Shown in pieces: positions 51,149-61,935 of a stretch of 64,000 nucleotides of DNA (position 1 is its first letter; every line of letters starts with the position of its first letter). The translations under genes were made by a program, and so were the position numbers. The notes under the pieces are model-generated. The model saw only the letters and a program-made list of their open reading frames with translations. It ran no database searches and was not told where the DNA came from. Origin of the DNA: Pirellulales bacterium (GTDB taxonomy: Bacteria > Planctomycetota > Planctomycetia > Pirellulales > PALSA-1355); assembly GCA_963733035.1 (NCBI GenBank), contig CAVTBU010000005.1, positions 352,001-416,000 on the forward strand. The letters run 5' to 3'.

Positions 51149-52320
51149 CTAGTCGCGCTCGATAATCATCGCCACGGCGTTTCCGCCTCCCAGGCAGAGC
51201 GAGGCCAGACCACGCCGCAGGCCACGTTCGGCCAACGCATACATCAAGGTCACCAGGATCCGAGCACCGCTGGCGCCGATGGGGTGTCCCAGGGCGATCG
51301 CGCCACCGTGGACGTTGGTTTTGGCCGGGTCCGCTTCGAGCGGCCGCATGCAGGCCAGCGATTGAGCCGCGAAAGCTTCGTTCAGCTCGACGAGGTCGAT
51401 GTCGGCCATGGTCATCTTGGCCTTGGCCAGCACCTTTTCAACCGCCGACACTGGCGCAATGAAGATTTCCTTCGGTGCCACGCCACTGGTGGCGCTAGCC
51501 ACGATACGGGCCTTCAGCGGCGAGCGGCTTGCGCGGGCGACGTCCGGCGAGGCAACAACAACGGCCGCCGCACCGTCGCTGATTTGCGACGCATTTCCGG
51601 CCGTCACGGTTCCCGAACTTCCAAAGCTTGGGCGAAGCTTCGCCAGGCCTTCGATCGTCGTATCTGGGCGAGGTCCTTCGTCAGTTGTGACGACGGTATC
51701 CCCTTTTCGACCGGGAACCGTCACTGGCACGATCTCTTCGATGGGCGAACCACCGCGCGCCGCGGCCCGGCGATGACTCTCAACGGAAAACGCGTCTTGG
51801 TCGGCCCGCGATACGCCGCGCGACTCGGCAATGTAGTCTGCCTCGGCTCCCATGGCCATGTCTTCGAACGCGCACCAGAGACCGTCGAAGAGCATCGAGT
51901 CGCGAATCGTTTGGTCGCCGAACTTCCATCCCGCGCGGCGCCGGAAATCAGAAACGGCGCCTGGCTCATGCATTCCATTCCGCCAGCCACAACGATCTTC
52001 GCGTCGCCGGCGCGAATTGCCTGATCGGCCAGCATTACCGCCTTCAGGCCGGATCCGCACATCTTGTTGATCGTAAGCGCGGCCACCGAATCGGGAAGGC
52101 CGCCGTGCAGCGCTGCCTGGCGTGCCGGCGCCTGGCCGAGTCCGGCCGAAAGGACGTTGCCCATGATGACTTCTTCGACGGCATCCACCGGCAAGCCCGC
52201 CCGTCGAATCGCCTCCCCGACGGCCACGGCCCCCAGCCGCGGCGCGGGCACCGACGAGAGCGTTCCTAAGAGCTTCCCAATGGGCGTGCGGCAACCGGCA
52301 ATCAAATAGGATGCGCTCAT
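51149..52320 (-). CDS. Acetyl-CoA C-acetyltransferase (thiolase); apparent frameshift near 51938
   Basis: The N-half ([28 protein letters not shown]) and the C-half ([25 protein letters not shown]) are in different frames. Confidence 0.92.
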
Positions 52321-52504
52321 GGCTAGAATCTAACGATGGGTTCGAGGAATCAAATCGACTCGCCGTCATCGCGCAGTGTAACGCGGTCTAGTCCAAGACA
52401 CCAGTCGCGACAATGGGTCCCCAGGCCCTCTGCCAGAATTGCAACACCGACGAAAACTCGTCAATATGGAATGAGAGCCACCGGTCCACAGGAGTGAGAG
52501 AACC

Positions 52505-53431
52505 ATGAAAATTGCCGTCACCGGGGCCACGGGGTTTGTTGGACGATACCTCGTGGCGCAATTCGCCGCCGAACTGCACGAGTGCCGTTGCTGGTACCGC
52601 CCCAGGAGCGACCGGAGCGGGCTGGAACACGTTGAGCGACATCTCGAATGGGTCGAGGGGAAACTGGGTGACTGGGACGCCTGTCAAAAGCTCGTCGACG
52701 GTTGCCAGGTGCTCGTGCACGCCGCCCTGGAACACGACACGCAGGGCCGCATTTCGAGTGGCAGTTTTACAGCCGAAATGGCCATGCATAACATCGCCGG
52801 CAGCCTGCAACTGTTCGAAGCAGCGCGGGCCGCCGGCGTCGAACGAATTATCTACATCTCGAGTTGCGCGGTCCACGACCGCATTCTCGGCGGTCGACAA
52901 CTCGACGAAACGCACCCGCTGTGGCCAGCTTCACACTACGGAGCGCATAAGGCGGCCATTGAAGCGTTCGTGCATAGCCATGCTTTCGACGACCAATACC
53001 CCATCTGCGCCTTGCGGCCGACGGGCGTTTACGGCGTGAACCATCCGATCGAAAAAACGAAATGGTACGATCTGGTGGCGGCCATCATCAGCGACAACCC
53101 GGTGGAATGTCATGGCGGCGGCAAAGAAGTGCACGCCGCCGACGTGGCCAAAGCAGCCAGTCTGTTGATCCGCGCCGACGTGGCGCGGATTTCCGGCGAG
53201 GCGTTCAACTGTTACGACTGCTATATCTCCCAGTACGAGGTGGCCACGATGGCCAAGTCGCTTGCATGCAGCCACTCCGAGATCACGGGGGAACCTTCCG
53301 AGCCCAAGCACCAGATCGACAACTCAAAGCTGTGCTCGCTGGGCATGGCATTTGGCGGCAAATCGCTGCTACACGAAACCCTTCGCGACCTGATCGGCCT
53401 GATCCGTGCGACGCGCGGCGCCGTCGTGTAG
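52505..53431 (+). CDS. NAD-dependent epimerase/dehydratase (extended SDR)
   Basis: Motifs TGATGFVG, ISSCAV, YGAHK (YxxxK), LRPTGVYG and VH..DVA. Confidence 0.9.
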   Translation: MKIAVTGATGFVGRYLVAQFAAELHECRCWYRPRSDRSGLEHVERHLEWVEGKLGDWDACQKLVDGCQVLVHAALEHDTQGRISSGSFTAEMAMHNIAGSLQLFEAARAAGVERIIYISSCAVHDRILGGRQLDETHPLWPASHYGAHKAAIEAFVHSHAFDDQYPICALRPTGVYGVNHPIEKTKWYDLVAAIISDNPVECHGGGKEVHAADVAKAASLLIRADVARISGEAFNCYDCYISQYEVATMAKSLACSHSEITGEPSEPKHQIDNSKLCSLGMAFGGKSLLHETLRDLIGLIRATRGAVV

Positions 53432-53531
53432 TCCGGCCGGCGGTTTGCCTTTGTCGCGAGAGTCAGTACGATAGTCGGCGTCGCACGTTCATGCGCCTCG
53501 GCGCACCACTCATCTCCGCAGGAAGCATTGC

Positions 53532-54137
53532 ATGACCCCGGAAGAATTGATGGATTCTCAAGACGTCAAGAAAGCAATACGCGAGCAGGCCCACGCCAAC
53601 CGCAAGGCCCAGGAAAACAAAGAACCCTTGAGCGAAACGATCTGCGAAAAGTTCGTCGCTCAGCCGGAGTTCGCCACGGCCGACACCGTCATGGTCTATA
53701 TCGACGTGCGTACCGAGGTCCGCACACGGCAACACTTGCCCAAGTTGCTCGAGGGGCAGAAACGAATCGTCGTTCCCTATTGCGTTGACGGCGAGTTGGA
53801 GCTGTTCCTGCTGGAAAACATGGACGAGTTGGCCGTCGGGATGTACAAAATCCTCGAGCCCAAAGTCGAGCTGCGCGATGCCCCCGGCAAGCGGATCGAC
53901 GTCAAAGAGCTCGACCTGATCATGGTTCCGGGAGTGGCTTTCGACCCACGGGGCGCGCGAATGGGACACGGCTTTGGCTACTACGATAAGCTGCTCGAAC
54001 ACGCGCGGCCCAATGCGCCGCTGGTGGCATTGGCGTTCGAGTGTCAGATCTTCCCCGAGATTCCCACGCACGCGCACGATGTCTTCATGGACAAGATCAT
54101 CACTGAGCAGCAGATCTATCAGGGGAAAGGGCGGTAA
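53532..54137 (+). CDS. 5-formyltetrahydrofolate cyclo-ligase family protein
   Basis: Motifs K..IR, EV.T, ILEP, DL..VPGVAFD..G.RMG.G.GYYD and HDV.MD.IITE. Confidence 0.93.
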   Translation: MTPEELMDSQDVKKAIREQAHANRKAQENKEPLSETICEKFVAQPEFATADTVMVYIDVRTEVRTRQHLPKLLEGQKRIVVPYCVDGELELFLLENMDELAVGMYKILEPKVELRDAPGKRIDVKELDLIMVPGVAFDPRGARMGHGFGYYDKLLEHARPNAPLVALAFECQIFPEIPTHAHDVFMDKIITEQQIYQGKGR

Positions 54138-54143
54138 AAAATC

Positions 54144-55076
54144 GTGGGCACTCTGACACGAGCCGAGGTGGAGGATACCTACGCCGAGGCATTTCGCAGC
54201 ATTTATGCCGAGTTTCTGATCACTGCCCGTGACCGCGGTTGGCTCGATCATGCCCTTGCCGCCGCCACCGGGAACGCGTCGAGCACGATCATGTGCGACT
54301 GCGAGGCCGGCGTCGACCGTTACGTGGGCCCCGGGGGCGATGAATCGTTTCACACGCCCGACGTACGACCTGGCGCGATCGTGCAATTTCACGTGCCGCG
54401 GTTTCGCAAGGATCGCCGCGAGGCGTTGGAACGCTCACTGCTGGTGCGGATCAGTCAGAACGTGCTGACTTGCCCGACGGCGGCAGCGTTCAACCTGCTC
54501 GATACCGAGGACTTTTTCAAGCTCGGCCGCAAGCTGGCGTTCTTTGGCGACGGACATCAGTTCCGCGATACGCGTCTTGGCCGGCCGGTGTGGGTGGTGC
54601 CAATCCTGGGCGGCGAATTCGTCATCGATCGGCGCTTTGGCTACCGTGACGGCCTAATGGGCGGCAATCTGTGGTTCATGGGTGATTCAGTGGATTCAGC
54701 CCTCTTGGCGGCCGAGCGCGCGGCAGCGGCGGTGGCCGATTCGCCCGGCGTTATCATGCCTTTCCCCGGCGGCATCGCGGCCAGCGGCTCGAAGGCCGGC
54801 AGCCGCTACAAATTCTCGATTGCCAGCACCTATGCCGAATACTGCCCAACCTTGCGGCAGAAGCTCGGTTCGCAAAGTTGCGTGCCCGACGGCGTCGGCT
54901 CGGTGATGGAAGTGATCATCAACGGTCGCGACCTGGCGACGATCGCCGCGGCCACGCACCGAGCCGTCGAAGCCGCCGTGGAAACCGCAGGGCTCGTGAA
55001 GATCTCGGCCGGCAACTACGGCGGGCGGTTGGGGAAAAGCTTTATTTATCTGCACCCCGAAAAGCAGCCCGCGTAG
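54144..55076 (+). CDS. fhcD: Formylmethanofuran:H4MPT N-formyltransferase (Ftr/FhcD)
   Basis: Motifs EDTYAEAF, LITA, CDCEAG, TPD.RPG, Q.VLTCPT, GGN, PFPGG...SGSK, E..ING and ISAGNYGG.LG. Confidence 0.92.
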   Translation: MGTLTRAEVEDTYAEAFRSIYAEFLITARDRGWLDHALAAATGNASSTIMCDCEAGVDRYVGPGGDESFHTPDVRPGAIVQFHVPRFRKDRREALERSLLVRISQNVLTCPTAAAFNLLDTEDFFKLGRKLAFFGDGHQFRDTRLGRPVWVVPILGGEFVIDRRFGYRDGLMGGNLWFMGDSVDSALLAAERAAAAVADSPGVIMPFPGGIAASGSKAGSRYKFSIASTYAEYCPTLRQKLGSQSCVPDGVGSVMEVIINGRDLATIAAATHRAVEAAVETAGLVKISAGNYGGRLGKSFIYLHPEKQPA

Positions 55077-55198
55077 CAACAATCTTGCCGCGACAAGAAG
55101 ACGGAATTTGCACGGGAAGCCCCTTTCCTGGGCCCAAGTTGCAGAGGATAGGGTAGAATTGGCGCGCGGCACCTGTGGGACACTGAGGAGCGCGTGGC

Positions 55199-55929
55199 TT
55201 GATTCAGGTCTTTGACTACTACAAGGTCTATCGCGATCTGGTCGCCGTTTCCGGACTCAGCTTCGAGGTCCGCGACGGCGCGATCCTGGGGCTCGTCGGA
55301 CCCAACGGCGCCGGCAAAACCACGACACTTCGGGCGCTGGCCGGCATCATTCCACCCACGGGCGGTCGGCTGTTGATTGCCGGGCAAGACATCGTGGCCG
55401 AATCGGTCGCCGCCAAACGCCAGTTGGCTTACATTCCCGACGATCCAAAGCTGTTTGATACGCTCACCGTCTGGGAACATCTGCGATTCATTGCGTCGGC
55501 CTATTGCGTGGAGAACTGGGAACCAAAGGGAGAAGAGTTCCTCGACATTTTCGAACTGGTCGAAAAGCGAGATACGGTCACACAGGAACTGTCGCGCGGC
55601 ATGCGGCAAAAGGTCGCCATCGCCTGCGCTTACCTGCACGATCCACAGGTGATCCTATTTGACGAACCACTCACGGGTCTCGATCCGCATGCGATTCGCA
55701 CCCTCAAGAGTACGATCGTCGCACGGGCGGCCGAGGGCGCGTCGGTCATCGTCAGCTCGCACTTACTTTCACTCGTTGAAAACCTGTGCACCGATTTGTT
55801 GATTCTGCGGCGAGGTAAGTCGTTGTTCTGCGGTCCCGTACAAGAAGCGCGCAGCGGTTTGGGACGCTTGGCCAGGAATCGCTGGAAGACGTATTCTTCC
55901 GGGCAATCGAAGAGCAGGAAGCCTCGTAG
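55199..55929 (+). CDS. ABC transporter ATP-binding protein; apparent frameshift near 55850
   Basis: Motifs GPNGAGKTT, LSRGMRQK, LFDEPLTGLDP and SSHLL. The typical C-terminus QESLEDVFFRAIEEQEAS* is in another frame and ends at TAG 55929. Confidence 0.85.
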
Positions 55930-55957
55930 TAGCGCGCTTTTGAATCGGGGCAACGCC

Positions 55958-57589
55958 ATGAATCGCTCGCTGCTGTTGCTCTCGAAGTTGCGATTTCTGG
56001 GGCAGGTTCGCCGCGCCCGTCGTACCCTTTTGACGCCCAGGGGATTCGTGTCGGGCTTGCTGGCGATTGGTTTCTTCAGCCTGATCTTACTGCCGTACCT
56101 GGTGACGCGCAATCTGCCGCGGGCCGTACCTCAAGAGCATTTGCCCTTGGCCACATGGTTCTTGCACCCGGCATCCCTATTTGGGTTTTGGGTTTTCAAC
56201 TTTGCCGGAAGCCACTTCAGAAGCCCGATCGCGTTTAGCATGCCGGAGGTTGAGTTTCTGTTTCCCGGTCCGTTCGGTCGCCAGGAACTGCTGATCTACA
56301 AACTGGCCGCGAGCCTGCTGGGAACGTTTGGCTTCGCCGTGATGACGCCGCTGATCCTGCCCATGATTTGGGGGCCAGCGGCGCTGGTGGGAATCTGGCT
56401 CGCCCTCACGTTCATGCAGTGGTCCTCCATACTCGTCACACTCGGTGCAAATCTGCTCGGGGCGCGCTTTCGACTGGCATTGATATCGGTGGTACTGGCA
56501 CTGGTTTCCGTCGTCGGTTTTTCGATCTGGAAGGCCGGCGTGTTCGAGGCCGGGCTTAGCATGCGCGAACGACTGACGGGCGTGGAGTCGACCTTGATCT
56601 GCCGGGCCGTTCTTGCTCCCTTCGGAGTGTTCAGCTGCGTCATGCGGTCGGAGGCGTACTCCGAGCTTGCCTCGTGGGCCATGCCGGCCCTGGCCATCAA
56701 CGTTTGTGTGGCGGTCGCAATACTTGCCCTCGACCAAGGGTTCCTCGAGGCCAGTCTCGAAGCCAGCCAGCGGCGCCATCAAGTTTTGGAACGGCTCAAG
56801 CGAACCGGCGGCGTGCCGTCGATCGGCGCGCGCAGTAAGCCGCGGCTCGGCCTACCGATGTACCCGCGCCTGTTGGGGGCGGGCACTATCGCTTGGCGGC
56901 AGTCTCTGGAAATGGTACGCAGTTCCGGTCGCTTGCTGCTTGTACTCCCCGCCGTTGTGGGTCCGTTTGCGGCGATCGTCCTGTCGACGAGCAAACGTGC
57001 CGGTTCGTCCGTTGAAATCATGATCTTCGCGCTGGTCCTCACCACGGGCTTCATGGTCACCACAATGCTGCAGCTTGGACTGCGCACCGACCTCGATCAC
57101 GTGGATGTCATCAAAACACTTCCGCTAAGTTCGCAGCGAATCGTGTGGGGCTCGGTGGGTGCGTCGGTCCTCTATCTGACACTTGTGCAAATCATTGTAG
57201 CCGGCGCAATGCTGGCCGCCGTGGGGCGCTGGGTGCCAATGGCGGCCGCGGCCATCGCGGTTGCCGTGCCCGTCAATGTGCTGTTCGTTGCGATCGATAG
57301 CGCGCTGGTGATCGTGTTTCCCTCGGCCCGCAGATTCATGCCCGGCGATCTGCTGGCCGGCATACGATTGATGCTGGTCAACTTCGTCAAATTCGCCACG
57401 GCGATTGTCGCCGTGGGCATTGCGGGCGCCGTCGTCGCGGCGTTGTACTTCTTGTTTCGCGGCCTGCCAATCGTGGCCTACCTGGCTGGCTGGTGCGTAC
57501 TGTGCATCGAAGGCCTGTTCACCGTGCTAGTCGCCGCGTGGCTTTTTCAGCACTACGATCCCAGCGAGCAGGTGACCGAGGCCGAGTGA
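55958..57589 (+). CDS. Putative ABC exporter permease
   Basis: Own ATG at 55958, about 12 TM segments, and motifs EVEFLFPGP and D.IKTLP. Confidence 0.8.
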   Translation: MNRSLLLLSKLRFLGQVRRARRTLLTPRGFVSGLLAIGFFSLILLPYLVTRNLPRAVPQEHLPLATWFLHPASLFGFWVFNFAGSHFRSPIAFSMPEVEFLFPGPFGRQELLIYKLAASLLGTFGFAVMTPLILPMIWGPAALVGIWLALTFMQWSSILVTLGANLLGARFRLALISVVLALVSVVGFSIWKAGVFEAGLSMRERLTGVESTLICRAVLAPFGVFSCVMRSEAYSELASWAMPALAINVCVAVAILALDQGFLEASLEASQRRHQVLERLKRTGGVPSIGARSKPRLGLPMYPRLLGAGTIAWRQSLEMVRSSGRLLLVLPAVVGPFAAIVLSTSKRAGSSVEIMIFALVLTTGFMVTTMLQLGLRTDLDHVDVIKTLPLSSQRIVWGSVGASVLYLTLVQIIVAGAMLAAVGRWVPMAAAAIAVAVPVNVLFVAIDSALVIVFPSARRFMPGDLLAGIRLMLVNFVKFATAIVAVGIAGAVVAALYFLFRGLPIVAYLAGWCVLCIEGLFTVLVAAWLFQHYDPSEQVTEAE

Positions 57590-57759
57590 CGTTCGCCCCC
57601 CAGCGGGCCATTTCGAAGTGGACAGGTTCGCTTGTCGCGCCCCTAACCAAAGCGCTACAATGGCGTGCGGGGCTGGACAGCTTTCGTCTGTCGTTGCCAT
57701 CGGCCCGCTATCGTTCTTGAGCTTCCACAGGCGCGAACCTTCCAAGGAGGTTTTTCGAC

Positions 57760-59230
57760 ATGGCCACCATGACCAAAACAGCCCGGGCACCGCAAATCCG
57801 GCAAACGCAATGCTTCATCGGCGGCGAGTGGGTTCCCGCTGCCAGCGGCAAGACGTTCGAGACGATTAACCCGGCGACCGAGGAAGTGCTCGCCTCGGTC
57901 GCCGAAGGTGATGCCGCCGATGTCGATGCGGCGGTCAAGGCGGCCCGCGAAGCGTTTGAGCACGGCCCTTGGCGTACGATGGACGCTCGCGATCGAGGCC
58001 GGCTAATGCACAAGTTGGCCGACCTGATCGAACAGGAAATCGACGAGCTGGCGCTGCTCGAGACGCTCGACAACGGCAAACCGATTCGCGAAGCACGTCA
58101 CGGCGACCTGCCGCTAACGATCGACTGCCTGCGCTACTATGCCGGTTACGCCGACAAGATTCATGGCCAAACAATTCCGATCCGTGGCAACTACTTCTGC
58201 TATACCAAGCGCGAACCGGTGGGCGTGGTCGGACAGATCATTCCCTGGAACTTCCCCCTGTTGATGACCGCCTGGAAATGGGGCCCGGCGCTGGCTGCCG
58301 GCTGCACGATCGTGATGAAGCCGGCCGAGCAAACGCCGCTGACCTGCTTGCGGCTGGCACGGCTGGCGCAGAAGGCCGGCATTCCTGATGGAGTGATCAA
58401 CGTTGTGCCAGGCTACGGCCCCACGGCCGGTGCTTCGATCGTCAAACATCCGGGCGTCGACAAGGTGGCATTCACTGGCGAGTACAAGACCGCGCAAATC
58501 ATCATGAAGGATGCCAGCCAGACGCTGAAGCGATTGACGTTCGAGTTGGGGGGCAAGAGCCCCAATATCATCTTCGCGGACGCCGATCTCGACGCCGCCG
58601 CAGCCGGCACGCACACGGGGTTGTATCTGAACCAAGGACAGTGCTGTTGTGCCGGTAGCCGCGTGTTTGTCGAAGAGAAGATTCACGACAAGTTGATCGA
58701 CAAGTTGGCGGCGATGAACAAACAGCGGAAAGTCGGCGACCCGCTCGATCCGGCAACCGAGCAAGGCGCAGGTCGACAAGGCGCAGTTCGACAAGATCAT
58801 GCACTACGTCGATCTAGGCAAGAAAGAGGGGGCCAAGTGCGTCACGGGGGGGACGCGAGTCGGCGACAAAGGCTATTTCATCGAGCCCACGTTGTTCGAC
58901 GGCGTGACCGACGACATGTCGATTGCGAAGGATGAGATCTTTGGCCCCGTCCTTTCCGTGCTGAAGTTCAAGGATATCAATGAGGTGATCGAACGCGGCA
59001 ACAACACGTTCTTCGGATTGGCTGCGGCGGTGTGGACACGCGACATCGGCAAGGCCCACAAGGTCGCCAACTCGGTCCGCGCCGGAACGGTGTGGGTCAA
59101 TTGCTACGACGTGTTCGACACGGCCGCCCCGTTCGGTGGATTCAAGATGTCGGGCCTCGGCCGCGAACTCGGCGAAAAAGGGCTGGAGGCCTACACCGAG
59201 AACAAGACGGTGACAGTGAGCTTGGACTAA
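57760..59230 (+). CDS. Aldehyde dehydrogenase (ALDH1/2-like); apparent frameshift near 58767
   Basis: IIPWNFP, KPAEQTP, FTG, ELGGKSP and [11 protein letters not shown] are followed by [15 protein letters not shown] and GRE in another frame. AAGGAGG RBS. Confidence 0.94.
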
Positions 59231-59253
59231 GCTTGGCGCTGCAAACAGCGTGT

Positions 59254-59294
59254 GCGGCCGCGCTACCGAACGTTGTTGGTGGCGCGGCCGTTTC
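59254..59294 (+). terminator. Putative intrinsic terminator after ALDH
   Basis: GC-rich stem GCGGCCGCGCTACC / GGTGGCGCGGCCGT followed by a short T run. Confidence 0.5.
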
Positions 59295-59323
59295 GCATGA
59301 CGCTCGGCGAGTCAGGGGGCCGT

Positions 59324-59353
59324 TTGACAATTTGCAAACGGTCCTCGTAAAAT
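59324..59353 (+). promoter_or_regulatory. Putative sigma70 promoter of purM
   Basis: TTGACA-N18-TAAAAT. Confidence 0.6.
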
Positions 59354-59388
59354 GCCTCTCTCGATTGCTTACGGTGCAGGTAACCTGA

Positions 59389-60450
59389 ATGGCCAAAGCG
59401 ACTTACAAGGATGCGGGCGTGGACCTCGAGGTCTATCGCCAGTCCATGGCCCGGTTACCGCGGCTGCTGCACCGCACGTACAGCCCTCGCGTGATTCCTA
59501 ACGACGGCGGCTTCGCCGGTCTGTTTCAGCTCGACTTCGCCAACGCCCTGTTCGCCCGGCGCTACGAGGATCCCGTGCTCGTCTCCTGCACCGACGGGGT
59601 AGGAACGAAACTAAAGGTCGCCAGCCTCGCCGGTATTCACAACACGGTCGGCATCGATCTGGTGGCGATGAGCGTCAACGACGCCATCTGCACCGGCGCC
59701 GAACCGCTGTTCTTTCTCGATTATGTGGCAATGTCGCACGACGAACCCGAGCTGCTGGAACAGATCGTTGAAGGCATTTCGCAGGGCTGCGTCGAGGCGG
59801 ATTGCGCGCTACTGGGGGGCGAAACGGCCATCATGCCCGACTTGTATGCCCGCGGCGATTACGATTTGGCCGGTTTTTGCGTGGGCGTGGCCGAGCGAAA
59901 AAAGCTCGTCGACGGTAGGTCGATTTCCGACGGCGACGTCGTGCTGGGTGTTGCCTCCAGCGGCTTGCATTCGAACGGCTACAGCCTGGCCCGCAAAATC
60001 GCGTTCGAGATTGGCGGCCTGGCCCCCGCCGATCATGTTGAAGAACTCGGTACGACCGTCGCTCACGCCCTGCTCGAGCCCACGCAAATCTACGTCCGCG
60101 GCGTTCGCCAGGTGCTCAACTATTACAAGGTGAAGAGAGTCGTCCACGGTATCGCACACATTACCGGCGGAGGATTGTGCGAAAACCTTGAACGTATCGT
60201 GCCCGAGGGAATTCACATTACGATCGACCGGAGCAGTTGGGAGGTGCCCCCCGTGTTCACGTGGCTGCGGCGCCTGGGCGACGTCGATGCTGACGAAATG
60301 GACCGCGTGTTCAACATGGGCCTCGGCCTCGTGATGATAGTCGGCCCACACTATGCCGAGAGCATTCGCCACCAGTTGACCGATTGCGGACTGGAGTGCT
60401 GGACGATCGGCCGAGCCACGGCGGGTGAACGAGGCGTCGCCTGGGCCTGA
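59389..60450 (+). CDS. purM: Phosphoribosylformylglycinamidine cyclo-ligase
   Basis: Motifs [54 protein letters not shown] and FNMG.G. Confidence 0.96.
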   Translation: MAKATYKDAGVDLEVYRQSMARLPRLLHRTYSPRVIPNDGGFAGLFQLDFANALFARRYEDPVLVSCTDGVGTKLKVASLAGIHNTVGIDLVAMSVNDAICTGAEPLFFLDYVAMSHDEPELLEQIVEGISQGCVEADCALLGGETAIMPDLYARGDYDLAGFCVGVAERKKLVDGRSISDGDVVLGVASSGLHSNGYSLARKIAFEIGGLAPADHVEELGTTVAHALLEPTQIYVRGVRQVLNYYKVKRVVHGIAHITGGGLCENLERIVPEGIHITIDRSSWEVPPVFTWLRRLGDVDADEMDRVFNMGLGLVMIVGPHYAESIRHQLTDCGLECWTIGRATAGERGVAWA

Positions 60451-60615
60451 AACCACTCCAATATCGCAGGCAATCGGTCGGGCGGTGCATCGGTTCACTC
60501 CGAGGATCCGCAGTGCAAACACGTAGGGACTCGGCCTGAACGAATTGAACCAGTGTCATCGGGGCACGGTTGTTCGCCGGCCCGCACCCTGTCGAGTAGA
60601 CCAAAACGCGATTCA

Positions 60616-61935
60616 ATGTGGACTGTTGAACTCGTCGTCATGGCGATGATGATCGCCCTGAACAGCATTTTTGCCGCGTACGAAATCGCGCTGGCATCAA
60701 TCGGCCTGGCCCGACTTGACACGCTGGTGCATGAAGGTCGGCACGGTGCGGCTTCGGCCATGCGAATGAAACAAGGCATGGAAGCCAGCCTGGCGGTCGT
60801 GCAATTGGGTATCACGCTGGTCGGCGCCATTGCCGCGGCCACCGGTGGGGCGGGCGCGGCGGAATCCTTTGAGCCGGGACTACGCCAGCTTGGCTTATCG
60901 GTAACCACTGCCAAGATTATCGCGATTGCCGCGGTCGTCGTGCCCCTCACCGTGGTCACGATCATCCTCGGCGAACTGGTGCCCAAGGTATTCGCGCTGC
61001 GTAACCGCGAATGGGTCTGCCTACAGCTCTCGCCGCTGATGGAATGGTTTGCCTTTTTGGTGTGGCCGGCCGTTTGGTTCCTGGAGTCTTCCACGTCGCT
61101 GATTGTGCGGCTGGGCGAGCGACGCTGGAGCCACAAGGAACCGGTGTCCGACGCCGCCGCGCTGCAGGAATTGCGGGCCATTGCGGCGCTGGCCCGAACG
61201 TCGCGCCTGATCGGCCGCCGCGAGGAAGGCATCATTGTGAGCGCGGCACGGCTTTCGAGCACGACTGTCGATTCGATCATGGTGCCGATCGAATCGGTCA
61301 GCTACTTGTTCGTCGAGGAATCGCTCGACGACGCGCTCGCGGCAGCGCACCTGGACATGCATACGCGCTATCCGGTTACGCAACGGAGGGGCGATCCGCA
61401 GGACTTTATCGGCTATGTGAACTTCAAGGACATCGTCGCAACGTTGCGGCTGACGACTGAGAAGACATCGCTACGGGGGATCCTGCGGCCGCTGGTGGAT
61501 TTCGAAGCCCAGGCCACCGTAGCGGCATGTCTCGAACGCCTCATTCACGGGCACAATCACATCGCCGTGGTCCGCGGCGAACACAACGGCGTGCTCGGCA
61601 TCGTCACGTTGGAAGACATTCTGGAAGAGTTGGTCGGGGAGATTCACGACGAATACGACCGCTTGCCCGGCTACATCGTGCCGGCCGGAAGCGGCTGGGT
61701 CGCGGGGGGCAGTCTATCACTCGACGAATTAAAAACCACGTGTCTCCGTGAGCTGCCGTGGTCGGAAGTCGGACCGCCGCCGCAAACATTGAGCGATTGG
61801 GTCGTCCGCCGGCAGGAACGCCCGCCGCGGGCGGGAGACGTGCTGGTCGCCGGCGGGCTGCGAATTCTCGTCCGCAAAGTACGCCGCCAGGCGGTATTCG
61901 AAGCGTTCATCCTGCCCGAATCGGCGACGAACTAG
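60616..61935 (+). CDS. CNNM/CorC hemolysin-family protein (DUF21 + CBS + CorC)
   Basis: Motifs LN..FA..E.AL, VQLGIT, ILGELVPK, HTRYPV and G.VTLEDILEELVGEI.DE.D. Confidence 0.92.
   Translation: MWTVELVVMAMMIALNSIFAAYEIALASIGLARLDTLVHEGRHGAASAMRMKQGMEASLAVVQLGITLVGAIAAATGGAGAAESFEPGLRQLGLSVTTAKIIAIAAVVVPLTVVTIILGELVPKVFALRNREWVCLQLSPLMEWFAFLVWPAVWFLESSTSLIVRLGERRWSHKEPVSDAAALQELRAIAALARTSRLIGRREEGIIVSAARLSSTTVDSIMVPIESVSYLFVEESLDDALAAAHLDMHTRYPVTQRRGDPQDFIGYVNFKDIVATLRLTTEKTSLRGILRPLVDFEAQATVAACLERLIHGHNHIAVVRGEHNGVLGIVTLEDILEELVGEIHDEYDRLPGYIVPAGSGWVAGGSLSLDELKTTCLRELPWSEVGPPPQTLSDWVVRRQERPPRAGDVLVAGGLRILVRKVRRQAVFEAFILPESATN

Noticed and set aside
55199..57589. 796-aa ABC ATPase-permease fusion in the ORF track
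   Set aside because: The normal ATPase ending (SLEDVFF...stop 55929) is present in another frame and the permease has its own ATG at 55958. The fusion is best explained by a 1-nt deletion near 55850.
38121..59230. nuoM, thiolase and ALDH as pseudogenes or programmed frameshifts
   Set aside because: Each has a single indel with all catalytic motifs intact and no slippery heptamer. The shared GCGC context points to sequencing error.
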